A stretch of 64,000 nt of DNA from an uncultured Methanosarcinaceae archaeon (GTDB lineage: Archaea > Halobacteriota > Methanosarcinia > Methanosarcinales > Methanosarcinaceae), in NCBI GenBank assembly GCA_963733675.1, contig CAVTET010000012.1, positions 64,001 through 128,000 of the forward strand, read 5' to 3'. The stretch's first letter is position 1. Each line of letters starts with the position of its first letter. Below are positions 10,385-22,491 of the stretch, piece after piece. The position numbers and the translations under genes were made by a program. Below the pieces are notes generated by a model. That model did not search any database and was not told the DNA's origin. It was given only the letters and a program-made list of their open reading frames with translations.

Positions 10385-10921
10385 TTATTTTTTCTCGATG
10401 ATCCCACAGATAACCCTGTCACCACTGTTTCCAGCAGGGTTTGTCATCTCATCATCAGGATTAGCATGGATAACCAGTGAAGTACCGTTGGCTGTGAATA
10501 GCGTGGTCGGCCCTGGTGACAATGTCACAAGGGTGGTGGTGATATTCATATGTCCCATACCATCCACCCCCACTTCTAAATTCGGCAAATCACCTGCATG
10601 AGGGCCTTTCTGGTTGTTGAGACCATGCTCTTTGCTCAAAGGGTTGTAGTGTTCGCCGGCCGAGATGAACGACGGCCCAGTGCAGTTTCCTTTATTATGA
10701 ATATGGATGCCGTGCAACCCCGGGGTCAAGCCGCTCGTGTTTACGTTGATGCGAACCAGGCCACTAGCGTCCTCGGTAAAGTTGGCTAGCCCCACTGTAT
10801 TGCCCTTCACGTCCTTCAAGGTAGCTATGGCATCATGTGTGGCCCCTTCATAAGCACAGATCGTAGGTGCAGCCATCAGCATCGTCGATATAATCATTAC
10901 TAATAACAATCCAGTTTTCAT
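10385..10921 (-). CDS. sodC: Cu/Zn superoxide dismutase with signal peptide
   Basis: HGIHIH, AGEHYNP, HG, HAGDLPNL, VIH, GNSGDR..CG motifs; SD GGAGG; visibly GC-richer than flanks. Confidence 0.95.
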   Translation of the reverse strand: MKTGLLLVMIISTMLMAAPTICAYEGATHDAIATLKDVKGNTVGLANFTEDASGLVRINVNTSGLTPGLHGIHIHNKGNCTGPSFISAGEHYNPLSKEHGLNNQKGPHAGDLPNLEVGVDGMGHMNITTTLVTLSPGPTTLFTANGTSLVIHANPDDEMTNPAGNSGDRVICGIIEKK

Positions 10922-11725
10922 CAGTCATTCCTCCAAATTTTTATAAATTAGTAATCAGAATTATTTAATGCATCAAAATGGACATCAGACTTCATAGTAG
11001 GCAAGACTCCCACATATCTAATGTAATCAATTACTGGATACATTTTCCCCATCTCCTAGATCCCTCTGAAATAAAATATCTCAAATTCCGTGCTTGTTAG
11101 GTTATTACAATTTAGGTTTGCGTTGAATTTTGATACCCACAATTCCTGTAGATCCCTTATAGGCACCGTCATATACAATAGAATATACACGATTGAACCA
11201 AGAAATCTATAACTTATGCACTTAAGGACCAAAATCAAGCAACTTTTTAAACCAAAAACTGTCTAAATTTGCTCGTTTTAAGTTACAGTACACAATTGCT
11301 TCTTATTTATTTTAAATTAATTATACAAAAAATAATTTCTAAATAAAAATTACTTCCCCATAAAATGTTTTAAAACCAAAAAACAATTTTATATTAATTA
11401 TATTTTTATTCTACTCAGAGATCTTCACAAATTTAACACTGAGCTTTTATACATTGTACCTAAAAATCTGTAAATTCTGAGTGACTCTGTATCGATTTAC
11501 TTAATCACAAAAAAAGATGTAGAGTCAACAGCTTTACTGATAAAAATTCTGTTTCTATTTTGGAATCTTAATATAAATCTCTATATAGGATTTTCTTTCC
11601 AATCATCTTGTGGATAATATTAGCCAAAATCTTAAAGCTCTGGCAATTACCTTAGAACATTTCAATTCCTATAGCCTAAACGATGGCTTCTTATCTAATA
11701 GGATGAAATAAATTTTTATAAAACT

Positions 11726-11979
11726 TAATTTATATACATTTAAAGTAATTAAAATATATGAAAAATTTCTCGAAGACACTTACCGTACAACCACATTTAA
11801 AACATGGGGAATTAAATTGGTCGAAAAACGGCTTAAATGAGCTTACTAGTGAGACTTTTATTGAAAGTTTAATAGATTATTCATTAAAACGGTAAAAAAC
11901 GGCTTGTAGCGCCCGAGAATGGCTCATTGTTGATTTGACGTGTATAAACCCCGCTCCTATGCCGAACAAAACGAACTAA
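11726..11979 (+). pseudogene. Small leaderless ORF module, copy C (73 codons with one internal TAA)
   Basis: TTTATATA box then ATG at 11758: MKNFSKTLTVQPHLKHGELNWSKNGLNELTSETFIESLIDYSLKR*KTACSAREWLIVDLTCINPAPMPNKTN. Confidence 0.55.
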
Positions 11980-12033
11980 ATATTCAAATACAAGACTAGT
12001 TAATATTAATTGTAAAGTAAAAACGGTGATAAT

Positions 12034-12480
12034 GTGGCTCGTCCTTCAAAATTGACTCCGACTATACAAAAAAAGAATAGGTGATAATATTGCACTCGGT
12101 TTGACTTATCGGTTGGCTGACGAATCGGCTGGTGTAACTTACAAAACGCTAAATGATTGGCTTAAAAGGGGGCAGACAGAGAAATCTTGGAAATATTGTC
12201 AGTTTTATAAATATATCTAAAAATGTAATGCTGATGCCGCTAAAGTTCTTTTGGAATGCATAAACGAAGCAGCCAAAGACGGTAACACGCAAATGTGTAC
12301 TTGGATTCTTGAATGTCGTTTCAGCGAAGACTTTGGAAGACGAGTATATAGAAAAACTAATGTTGTATCAGAAAATCTAAATCAGATGTGATTGTTGATA
12401 TAGTAATCAATGATGCAGATGGCATTAGAGCACAGATTCTAGAGAAGTTTGCTTTTGGTAGAGAAAGTCAAGAGCCTTAA
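12034..12480 (+). pseudogene. Terminase small subunit-like HTH protein, disrupted
   Basis: GTG start with SD GGTGA; ARPSKLTP..IGDNIALGLTY..SAGVTYKTLNDWLKRG...WILE.RFSEDFGRR resembles phage TerS proteins; frameshift in A-run ~12068 and TAA ~12218. Confidence 0.65.
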
Positions 12481-12595
12481 AATAGTTAATATTCTTGTTC
12501 TAACCGGCCCTATTTTTAAAAATATTAAAAGAGTTTTAAATCACACATTATCGCCTAATTGTGGAATTGGTTTTGGTTATAGATAGCCATTAAAA

Positions 12596-13930
12596 TTACT
12601 TTTCATTTTTAAGCATGGCTTCCTTTAACTTTGAAATTTCATCAAGCTCCGTTTGTAATTCGTTCTTCATTCCCCATATTCTTTCAAGGTCTGAATATTT
12701 CATATAGTCGGCTTTGATAGATTCGGTGGCTTTCATTTTTTCTATCTCCGCCTTGAGTTCATGCAACTCTACTCTTTCGTCTCTTCTTTCCTGTGTCATA
12801 ATGTCAGTACTTCGCTTGTATGCATCCTTGTCTCCCTTCATTTGAACGAAAGCAGGGTGCTCAGTAGGATCTATTGACTTTTCAATAGTTAGATATGAAA
12901 TATATTTTGTATACTCTTCTTTCAACTTCTCAGGGGACGCTCTGTAATATGCTTCATGTGTCGCATCCAACTACTGGTGCCCGAATAAGAAATCCACAAA
13001 AAATATACTGGCATGTTCATTGAGTAACGTAGTATTAAAGAATCTCCTCATATTATGTGATCTGTTGACATTATATTCCCCACTCTCTGAACTGGTCTGA
13101 GCCTCTTCATTCAGTCTTTGATAAATTGATATTATCGTTTTTTTACCTAGCTTTCTGAGCTCTTCTTGATCTTTCGTTTTCTCAGATGTTAGATATTCGG
13201 AAGGCACAATCCTTGTGACAAACAGATATCCATCTTTAGTAGTCATATGTTGTTTTTCGAGTCGTTGCTCTTTTATTTTGCCATTATAATTAGGTTCCCT
13301 ATTTCGCCAATTAAGATAGTCCTGAATTGCTTTTGAAGCTTCTGGAGACAAAAAAGTATAGAAATTCATAGTTTTTCTTTTTTCTAAGCAGATGTAGCGT
13401 TGTTATGCCTGTTGTTGGGTCACAACCATCTACGAAATCACTAACGTTAAGATTAGAGATGTCCACAGCACTTAATCCACTACTAACGCCCACTAACACA
13501 AGAGCACGTTCAAGGGGATCACAAACATTAAGAATTTTTCTTATATCATCCTTAGTTGGTATTTTCTTTCGTTTTAATTCTGGTCTTGCATTTGTTGTAC
13601 CTTTTGGGAGTACTGGCAACTGAATATTATACAATCTCTAAAACGAGCATACTCCAGTCATTCTGCTTTTAATAGTCAGTGGAGCAAGATCTTTTCTCTC
13701 TAATTGTTCTCTAAACTCTCGGAGATAATGGTTATATTTCTCTCACGCATCAAGAGTCCAGCCCGAATCTCTGTTTCAGCTTCTTCTATAAGCTGTAATG
13801 GCGTTTTATGGGTGAACTCAGTAAATTGCTGCATTGATTGCAGATACATCTTTCTTGTATCATCAGCCGCTTTGATTCCGGATAACCAATCCTTAATTAT
13901 TTTGTCGGTTTTTAACTCTTTAACTTTCAT
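12596..13930 (-). pseudogene. Tyrosine recombinase/integrase, fragmented
   Basis: Four colinear fragments; SSGLSAVDISNL, HNMRRFF, GH and AYY catalytic regions; two frameshifts and in-frame TAG at 12971-12973. Confidence 0.9.
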
Positions 13931-14042
13931 TTAAGATCGCATCCTAAAATAAATACCTTCACAAATTTATAAGTGTATTTGAAAATATCTAATAAAAGGA
14001 AATTTAGATCTGCTCCTTAAATTTGAGACATAATCTAAGATA

Positions 14043-14290
14043 TGTCATTTTTGTGGATACCATAAGTCTGAGCTAACACTAAAAAATAGAAAATGAAAAT
14101 GTCCTGATTGCAAGACAAAGCATGGTAGATATATTAATGCTTCAATTAACATCAAAAAATTTTCTCTCATTGATCAAATTTTGATTGTTATCTGACAACC
14201 GTAGAATGTGGGGGATGGACTTGGGTACTTGTTCTCAGAAAAAGAATGTATTAATCAAGAAGCTACCAATCTTCAGCAGAGTGATAGTGC
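14043..14290 (+). mobile_element. tnpB: IS200/IS605 tnpB 3' remnant plus right-end (reRNA) region
   Basis: CHFCGY..LTLKNRK*KCPDCKTKHGRYINASINIK (Zn ribbon + degenerate RuvC-III), stop at 14196, followed by right-end-like AATCAAGAAGCTAC. Confidence 0.75.
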
Positions 14291-14782
14291 GCGATATTCT
14301 ACTGATTCGTTGAAATTTCGCCGGACATTATATGGTTCAAAGCAGCTGTCCTCAGAATAAAGTTTATTTAGCATTGTATAGTCGACAAACAGGCGATTTT
14401 TTTGAGTAATAAATCTCTTAAAGTGTTTCACAATAATTCTGCATCTGAAGCTTTTTTGAAGAAGATAAGTAAAACTATTTAATAAAAGCTATTAATACAA
14501 GTGAACAATAGCTAGTACCTTCTTCGAATCTCAAAATAGTAGACGATTCAATGAGATCACTAATGTAATCAAAGTCGGTTTATCTTGGAAAGTTTAAAAA
14601 TATAATTCCATTATTTTTAATATCTAATTTAGAAAATTGTATCCTTAATAAATTCAACGGTGCCTCAAGTGCTTAGTCCCATAGGATACCAAAGTTATGA
14701 ATAGATCTTCGTTGAAAAACTTGTAAGCTTGTAAATATGTTTATAGTAGTGAGCTATATATACAAATATCGAGTGTGTGAAA

Positions 14783-14884
14783 ATGATAAACGTAAAAAAG
14801 TATATAAGATATATAATCCTTGGTTGTTTTGTTGGATTATTACTGATTTACCTTCGTTTTAAGAAAGTAAATGTTCAACAATAA
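14783..14884 (+). CDS. Small single-TM peptide (33 aa) MINVKKYIRYIILGCFVGLLLIYLRFKKVNVQQ
   Basis: Open frame, hydrophobic core flanked by basic residues, GTGTGA upstream. Confidence 0.3.
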   Translation: MINVKKYIRYIILGCFVGLLLIYLRFKKVNVQQ

Positions 14885-15501
14885 CTTTCGAGCAGATATA
14901 CTCATTGCAATTTTTTAGAAATTTCATTTATAATGCATCCATATTTTCGAGCAAAAAATTCAAATTTATGAACCAAGATGAACCGAATTGAGGGATAGGT
15001 GTAACTCTCAAGCTGAGAAAAAAATTATCATTCCCCATCTTCACTGTTATTTAATGAGCAAATATATGTGGGCTGATTTTATTTAACTGTTGGATATTTA
15101 TCACTTTTTATTGAGCTTGTAACTTAATTAGATATCTAACCATAGCGATACTCTGCAAAACTGTTTACTTTATTTACCATGATTTAAAAGTACTTTTAAC
15201 TAAGAATTTAAGTATCCAGATTTCCCTAAGCCAGTTATGGGAATACCATGTATGGTACTAACAACCAGAAGCATATGCCTTTTAAGATGGTCATTTGGAA
15301 TTTTAGCAAATACTAAAGCTTGATAATTAAGAAAACTTTTTATTTGCATTCTCCAATATACTCAACGTTTTTAATCATCTTCTAATGGTTTATGAAGCAG
15401 TTGATAATCATTGAATCTTAAAGTTCATTTGATTCTACGTAAAGCCGCTAAAAAGCGAAAGATATCAATTTAGTTGCAAAATTATAAATCGAGGCTTATT
15501 A

Positions 15502-15753
15502 ATGCAGTACCAGGCAAAAGTTATAATTGAACTGAAGGCAGGCATGCTTGACCCTGAAGCCACTACAACAAAAAGGGCTCTTGGACATCTTGGCTATGAT
15601 GTCAGTAGTTTAAAGACCGCAAAGCTATATGAGATCGTAATAGAAGCCGGATCTTTAGACATCGCACAGCATAAGGTTGAAGAAATGTGCCAGAAGCTTA
15701 TTGCGAATCCGATTATTCACAACTACACAATCAAGCTCCAGGAGCTTAATTGA
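15502..15753 (+). CDS. purS: FGAM synthase subunit PurS
   Basis: LKAGMLDPE, MCQKLIANPIIHNY. Confidence 0.96.
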   Translation: MQYQAKVIIELKAGMLDPEATTTKRALGHLGYDVSSLKTAKLYEIVIEAGSLDIAQHKVEEMCQKLIANPIIHNYTIKLQELN

Positions 15754-15826
15754 GAGCTACTCAGCAAGAGGATTGAACATCTAGAAAAGTTAAAAATTTC
15801 AAAATGCTGAAAATTGAGGGAAAAAG

Positions 15827-16525
15827 ATGAAAGTTGCCATTATTCAGTTCGGAGGCACAAACTGTGACCTGGACGTACTACATGTTCTCAAAGATGTCGT
15901 GGGTGTTGACGCCGAGACTGTCTGGTACAAACAGGAAAAACTAACAGGCTTTGATGGAGTCATTATTCCTGGTGGCTTTTCTTATGGGGACTATCTGAGA
16001 GCAGGAGCAATTGCAGCCCGCACTCCAATTATGGATTCTGTAAAAAAACTTGCAGCTGAAGGAAAGCCTGTCATTGGGATTTGTAATGGTTTTCAGGTCC
16101 TCACAGAAGCGAGACTTCTTGAAGGGGCTCTTACTACTAATAAATACCCAAAATTTAGGTGCCAATGGACCAACATCAGAGTAGAGACTGTCAATACTCC
16201 CTTTACCTCTAGGTTCAGAAAAGGTGAGCTTTTAAGGATGCCTATTGCCCATATGGAAGGGAAATTTTACACCGACGAGGAAACTCTATCAAAACTTGAC
16301 GAAAAAGACCAAGTCGTTTTCCGTTATGTAGATGAAAATGGGGACGCAACAGATGCATCTAACCCTAATGGTTCTCTAGAAAATATTGCAGGAATAGTAA
16401 GTACTTCACGAAACATTCTCGGATTAATGCCCCATCCTGAAAGAGCTTCTGAATTAATTCTAGGCTCAGATGAGGGCTTACGTGTTTTTGAGTCAATGGC
16501 AGATTATATTACCGAAAATTTCTAA
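15827..16525 (+). CDS. purQ: FGAM synthase glutaminase subunit PurQ
   Basis: PGGFSYGDYLRAG, GICNGFQ, GLMPHPER. Confidence 0.98.
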   Translation: MKVAIIQFGGTNCDLDVLHVLKDVVGVDAETVWYKQEKLTGFDGVIIPGGFSYGDYLRAGAIAARTPIMDSVKKLAAEGKPVIGICNGFQVLTEARLLEGALTTNKYPKFRCQWTNIRVETVNTPFTSRFRKGELLRMPIAHMEGKFYTDEETLSKLDEKDQVVFRYVDENGDATDASNPNGSLENIAGIVSTSRNILGLMPHPERASELILGSDEGLRVFESMADYITENF

Positions 16526-16599
16526 CCCACATTATTTTTTAATCCATTTTTTTCAAGTTGACATACTAGATGATTGGAGATTTGATACTTTTTTCCAGT

Positions 16600-16900
16600 T
16601 GAATACCCTCTAGCTTGCATAGCGGTTGAGAACTTCTAAGGAAATCTCTATTAACTAGCTATTTATATTTTTAAGCTATTTTAGGAATGTAATATGTAAC
16701 TATTTAACACGAACTATTGAGTCTATGAAATTAGGTATCACATCATTCTTGGTATGAAGTATCGTAAAAAACTTGTTTTATACAATGAGATCATCAACTA
16801 TTTAAAACATATATGCTTTGAAGTGGTAAAAGATGTTGTTTTGAGTTTGATACAATAGAAGCCAGCGGTTGTCGTGTAAATCTTTTCGTTTGGGCTAAAC
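16600..16900 (+). mobile_element. IS200/IS605 left end and tnpA remnant
   Basis: YEIRYHIILGMKYRKKLVL is typical of the TnpA (Y1) N-terminus; left-end-like TACCCTCTAGCTTGC upstream. Confidence 0.55.
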
Positions 16901-17072
16901 TACCATAAATACCTATATTGTTCGAAGGTATACTCAGTATTCCTGTGTTTATTGGAACATTTGAGATTTTGGAACATTTGGTAGTTATGAAGTATAGGAA
17001 ACATCCTATTGAGAATACTTTTATATAATCGTCTTCTCATAACTTTTAGTTCTCAATACAAACATTTATTCG

Positions 17073-17690
17073 TTATTTATGTATGCTATCGAGAATTGCG
17101 GATAAATATGCTGTGATTATTGGGAGTAAAAATGTCTTTATAATGGATGACGATGCTGTGATTATTGAGAGTAAAAATGTCGTTATAAAAGTACTGATCG
17201 TTTTGATATCAAATCTTTTATGCTTCCTTTCTTTTATTTTCCTTTCTTCTCTTTCAAGAAGATCCAGAATCATTTTTATTTCTTCAAGATCGTTTTTATA
17301 GTCACTATCTTTTTTGTTAAAACTAATTTCAATTATTTTGTCATAAGTTTCCTTAGACTTCATGTTTATTTTTTTGAGTTCTGATTTTATACCTTGCTCA
17401 ATTAAGTTCCTAATTATTTGTTGTGTTATTATAAAAAATATCAAACCTAAAAGAAGTATCAGAATTACTATAATCATTGAATATGTAATTTGTATATGTC
17501 GGGTGAACATTTCATAAAATAAACTTGGTGGTAGAGTTTCGATTATAAGCAATGTTGTCAACATGAAATAGCTACTCACAATCAACAGAATAAAAGATCT
17601 CAGGGGTTTAAGTCCTCTGGTTTCATAGCTGAACTTGAAGGAGCTAAAAATTAATCTGTTGACCAATTTTCTAAAGTGAAACCACTTCAT
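17073..17690 (-). CDS. Hypothetical membrane protein (possibly 5'-truncated)
   Basis: 205-aa ORF with three hydrophobic segments and a charged linker. Confidence 0.55.
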   Translation of the reverse strand: MKWFHFRKLVNRLIFSSFKFSYETRGLKPLRSFILLIVSSYFMLTTLLIIETLPPSLFYEMFTRHIQITYSMIIVILILLLGLIFFIITQQIIRNLIEQGIKSELKKINMKSKETYDKIIEISFNKKDSDYKNDLEEIKMILDLLEREERKIKERKHKRFDIKTISTFITTFLLSIITASSSIIKTFLLPIITAYLSAILDSIHK

Positions 17691-18363
17691 GATGCAAAAT
17701 TAGACGAAGAACTTCTCAACTCAGTTAAAAAGGGATATATTAGTTTTTTTAAAAGGAGGTGGCCTCATCTTTTTAGAGAACCATTATTACTCCTTCTAAA
17801 GAACAGAACATAAAATAACTGCTGGATAGCAATGCTGCAAATTAAAATGTTGTTATCGTGGATATTTTTAATGCTTAGAGAAAAAATTAAAAGAAAGAAA
17901 ACTTATGCACTGATAACAGTTTATAAATATTATCTAAACTGATAGTTTATAATTTTTTTATCTTTATACTGTTTTCTAATTCTATCCAAGTCCAAAAGTA
18001 CCTATAGAGTAAAATTAAACATTCAATAATAGTTTAATATATAAACACAGGTTTTATAGTATAAACTATGCATAATCATGGGATTTACATTCAAAGATTG
18101 ATCCAGGAGAACAAATTAATAAGTACTGCGGAAGACTCAAAAAAGAAATAGGGCAATATAGATTACCTTAAGGGATATCATTATTACCCTGGAAAATTAG
18201 GTGAACAACCCTTTTAAATTCTGCATGGGGATTACATCATAAACATGAAATTAACAACAATAAAATGTTGTTTGTGTAGTTAGTGAGATAATCAACCCGA
18301 TGCTTTTAAGCTCATTTTTTTCCTAACTGTTTAACTCTTTCGGTTAACAGACTGAGCTTTGAA

Positions 18364-18771
18364 TCACTCTGTTTTTGCTCCTTCTGTAGTTTCGAGGCCT
18401 AAAAGTGCTTTAATGGATTTGTTTCCATATTCAACAACTTTGGCGTTGATCTGAACGATGTCATGAGCAATTTCTTTACCACGCATCATTTTTCTCCTGC
18501 GTTGTCCAGGGAGTTTAGGGGTATAACCTACACCTACTGCTAGCAAAATTTTCTGCCTTCTGGGACCCGGAAGATCTGGTCTCATAACAAAACCGCTGCC
18601 GTCGCAGCCACCCGTTATCTTGACTTTATATCCGGCCAGGCCGAAGATGTTACCTTCAACAACTTCACCAATTGATTTTCCTATTAATGCATTTGCTTCA
18701 GCGTCTTTTATGTTGAGCTGATAAGCAAGCGCTTCTTTTGGGTCAGAAATTACGACTCTAAAATTTGCCAT
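18364..18771 (-). CDS. rps6e: 30S ribosomal protein S6e
   Basis: [27 protein letters not shown]. Confidence 0.96.
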   Translation of the reverse strand: MANFRVVISDPKEALAYQLNIKDAEANALIGKSIGEVVEGNIFGLAGYKVKITGGCDGSGFVMRPDLPGPRRQKILLAVGVGYTPKLPGQRRRKMMRGKEIAHDIVQINAKVVEYGNKSIKALLGLETTEGAKTE

Positions 18772-18907
18772 GTAATCAATCCTCAATATCAGTTTTAACT
18801 GCAATAATTACTTTGCCTTACCTTGTTTTCTTTACCAGAATCTCAACCCGAATTTTTATATAAATTCTTAAAGATCCTGAAGTTAGCCTATTTATCTTCA
18901 ATATCCG

Positions 18908-20686
18908 TCATTTTGCCCAAAATGGATTATCTTTTCTTTTGAGTCCAAGTAAAATATCAAGAGTTTCCTTTTCGTCGGTTGAAAGTGACTCATAGATCTC
19001 TTGTTCTAGGACTTTGGCATGCCTCTCAGGCACATTGATGTAGAGCACGTCTTCTTCTTTGATTTGTCTACCCACGGTTGCACCGTCAATTGCCATTGCA
19101 ATTTCCTTGCCTATCCTCGCAGAAGGAATATTTTCCCCTTCCGCCTGGAGGCCCTTGATCTTACCCACAACGGTCCCATTTTCGAGAATAATATCTACGT
19201 TCGTTCGCACAACTCCACCAAGTACTCTTACCCCTACAACTGCGGGTTTGCTCTGACGAAACACGCATCCTGGAAGAATTTTAAATTTTCCCGGTCGAAC
19301 AATAGTTTCGAAAATCTTTTTTTCTGACATTTCTTGCTGTTCTTTTACATACTTATGGTAATCCTCAATCAGACGGTAGATTACATCATTAATAAATACC
19401 TTCACATTACTACTTTCCTGTAGAAAATCTCTGGCATCAGAGTGAATTTTGACATTGAAACCAATAATTATCGAATAGATTGGATCTTCAACTGTAGAAG
19501 CACCAACTGTATCCCTGTGTGAGATGTCTCCGACCTCAGCTTTCCTTATTGGAACTTTATCTTTCTGGAACTCATGGGCAAGGGCTTCAAGAGAGCCTAA
19601 AGTATCGGCTTTGATCATTATTCCAGTAGAACCTGTATCAATTCTGACTTCATCAATTTCAGACTTTACCTGGGCTACAATTTCCTCAAGTGTTTCTTCC
19701 GTAGCGACCCGTATGGGAGCACCAGCAATAGCACCTTCGAGATCTGGAGCCGATATCTTTACGCCAACTGCAGCAGTGACCTTATTCACCTGCTGGAACT
19801 TGTTTTCGTAGCGTATCTCAGAGAGTTCCCTGGGCTTCAAGAGAGCCCTTACTTTTGTATTGATCGGTTCTCCTAGGCTTCCTATAATAATAGTATCGCC
19901 TTTTTTTAGCATCCCATCGTAGAGGATAATATCAAGTGTTGTACCCAGGCCCTTTTCTTCCTTAACTTCAAGAACTGTCCCGACTCCAGGGATCTTGGAG
20001 CTGTACTGCAGGTTCGCTTCAAGGAACTTCTGAGCCAATCCGATGAGTACCATCAGGATATCAGGAATTCCTTCTCCTGTAATAGCACTTGCAGGCACTA
20101 TACTTAGAGTTGTCTGGAAGTTCGTGACTCGATCATAGCGCTCAGATGCAAAACCCTGGTTGTATAGTTCACCAACTAATTCATAAAGTTTTGTTTCCAG
20201 TCTAGACTGGACATCTTCAAGCTGTTTTTTGAATGTAACGTCAAAAGGCATGTCTTTTTGTGAGATCCACCCCCTTATCCTGTCTATCTTGTTGGCGACA
20301 ACGACAAAAGGAGTCTTGAATCGTTTTAGGATTTGCAAGCTTTCGTAGGTTTGGGGCTTGAAACCCTCATTTATATCCACTACAACAATCGCAAGATCGG
20401 CAAGAGCTCCTCCTCGGCTCCTAAGAGTTGTAAAGGCATGATGTCCTGGCGTATCAATAAAAAGCAAACCTGGTACTAGAAAGTGATGTATAAGCTTTGG
20501 ATCCCCAAGTTTATCGGCAATTACACCGATCTTAACTTCAGTTGCACCAATATGTTGTGTGATAGCCCCTGCTTCTCCACTAGCAATTGTACTACCCCTT
20601 ATCTTGTCTAAGAGAGTAGTTTTTCCGTGATCTACGTGCCCCATCACGCAGACTATAGGAGTCCGCAAATTTTTCCTGTCGACCAT
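18908..20686 (-). CDS. infB: Translation initiation factor aIF5B/IF-2
   Basis: GHVDHGKTT, GEAGAITQHIGA, DTPGH, NKID. Confidence 0.98.
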   Translation of the reverse strand: MVDRKNLRTPIVCVMGHVDHGKTTLLDKIRGSTIASGEAGAITQHIGATEVKIGVIADKLGDPKLIHHFLVPGLLFIDTPGHHAFTTLRSRGGALADLAIVVVDINEGFKPQTYESLQILKRFKTPFVVVANKIDRIRGWISQKDMPFDVTFKKQLEDVQSRLETKLYELVGELYNQGFASERYDRVTNFQTTLSIVPASAITGEGIPDILMVLIGLAQKFLEANLQYSSKIPGVGTVLEVKEEKGLGTTLDIILYDGMLKKGDTIIIGSLGEPINTKVRALLKPRELSEIRYENKFQQVNKVTAAVGVKISAPDLEGAIAGAPIRVATEETLEEIVAQVKSEIDEVRIDTGSTGIMIKADTLGSLEALAHEFQKDKVPIRKAEVGDISHRDTVGASTVEDPIYSIIIGFNVKIHSDARDFLQESSNVKVFINDVIYRLIEDYHKYVKEQQEMSEKKIFETIVRPGKFKILPGCVFRQSKPAVVGVRVLGGVVRTNVDIILENGTVVGKIKGLQAEGENIPSARIGKEIAMAIDGATVGRQIKEEDVLYINVPERHAKVLEQEIYESLSTDEKETLDILLGLKRKDNPFWAK

Positions 20687-20841
20687 ATGCAAAACCTCTC
20701 TCATTCCTGCGTCATATCCCCTGCAGGTCCAGATGGATCAGAGTTTCCCACTACGGACCCATATTACAAGTACGAAGAATCTAATCCTGTAAACATACTC
20801 TTAAAATTTCAGAAATATTAAAAATCTTTGATGCACCTGCT

Positions 20842-21291
20842 TTATTCGTAAATACATACCTCATCAATCTTAGAATATTCCAAAATTTCGGAGTCCTTGA
20901 AGTGGATTGCAATTTCCCTTGCTGCAGCATCTGTGGAATCGGATGCATGAATTATGTTTCTGCCTATATCCAGAGAAAAATCCCCACGAATAGTTCCTGG
21001 AGTTGCATCTACAGGATTCGTAGCACCGGCTATAGTTCTCATGACCCGAATTGCGTCTTTCCCGGCAACTACCATTGAAATTGAGGGGCCAGAGATGATA
21101 TATTTAACTAGGGATGTGAAAAAAGACTTTGTCTCATGTTCACTATAGTGTTCCTTGGCATTGGCTTCCTTGATAACATTCATCCTGAGGGAGATTATTT
21201 TCAAACCTCTCCTTTCTATTCTGGAAATAATTTCTCCAACCAGCCCACGCTGAACTCCATCAGGTTTTACCATAACGTAAGTTTGTTCCAT
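20842..21291 (-). CDS. ndk: Nucleoside diphosphate kinase
   Basis: [26 protein letters not shown]. Confidence 0.97.
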   Translation of the reverse strand: MEQTYVMVKPDGVQRGLVGEIISRIERRGLKIISLRMNVIKEANAKEHYSEHETKSFFTSLVKYIISGPSISMVVAGKDAIRVMRTIAGATNPVDATPGTIRGDFSLDIGRNIIHASDSTDAAAREIAIHFKDSEILEYSKIDEVCIYE

Positions 21292-21339
21292 TCTATACAC
21301 CGTGACGATATCCGAATAATTAATAGATAATTCCATCTA

Positions 21340-21528
<189 letters not shown>

Positions 21529-21544
21529 TTATTTCACCGCTTTT

Positions 21545-21769
<225 letters not shown>

Positions 21770-21784
21770 CTATACTCCTTGTTA

Positions 21785-22193
<409 letters not shown>

Positions 22194-22491
22194 CATAGTT
22201 TTTTAACACATATTTGTCGGCATTGAAAATTCAAATTCCGAAAAAAGAACCTGAAATTCTTCAATGTGTAGATTAATTTAGCTAAAACACATATCGATGC
22301 TGACTAAATGCTCAGATCGGACCTTAGAAGTACATAATCACCTATAAACTTTCTGCTTGAAAACAAGAATCACAAACTAAATGTAAAAGCAAAGCAACAA
22401 AAACAGGTATGTAAAAGAATATTTCCAATATAGGTATCAAGAAATAAATCAATTCGTTATGGTTATAAATGATGTCATAATTTTGATTCTC

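Noticed and set aside
13931-15500. tRNA or att site for the integrase
   Set aside because: No tRNA cloverleaf or flanking direct repeat could be found by eye; region overwritten by the tnpB remnant.
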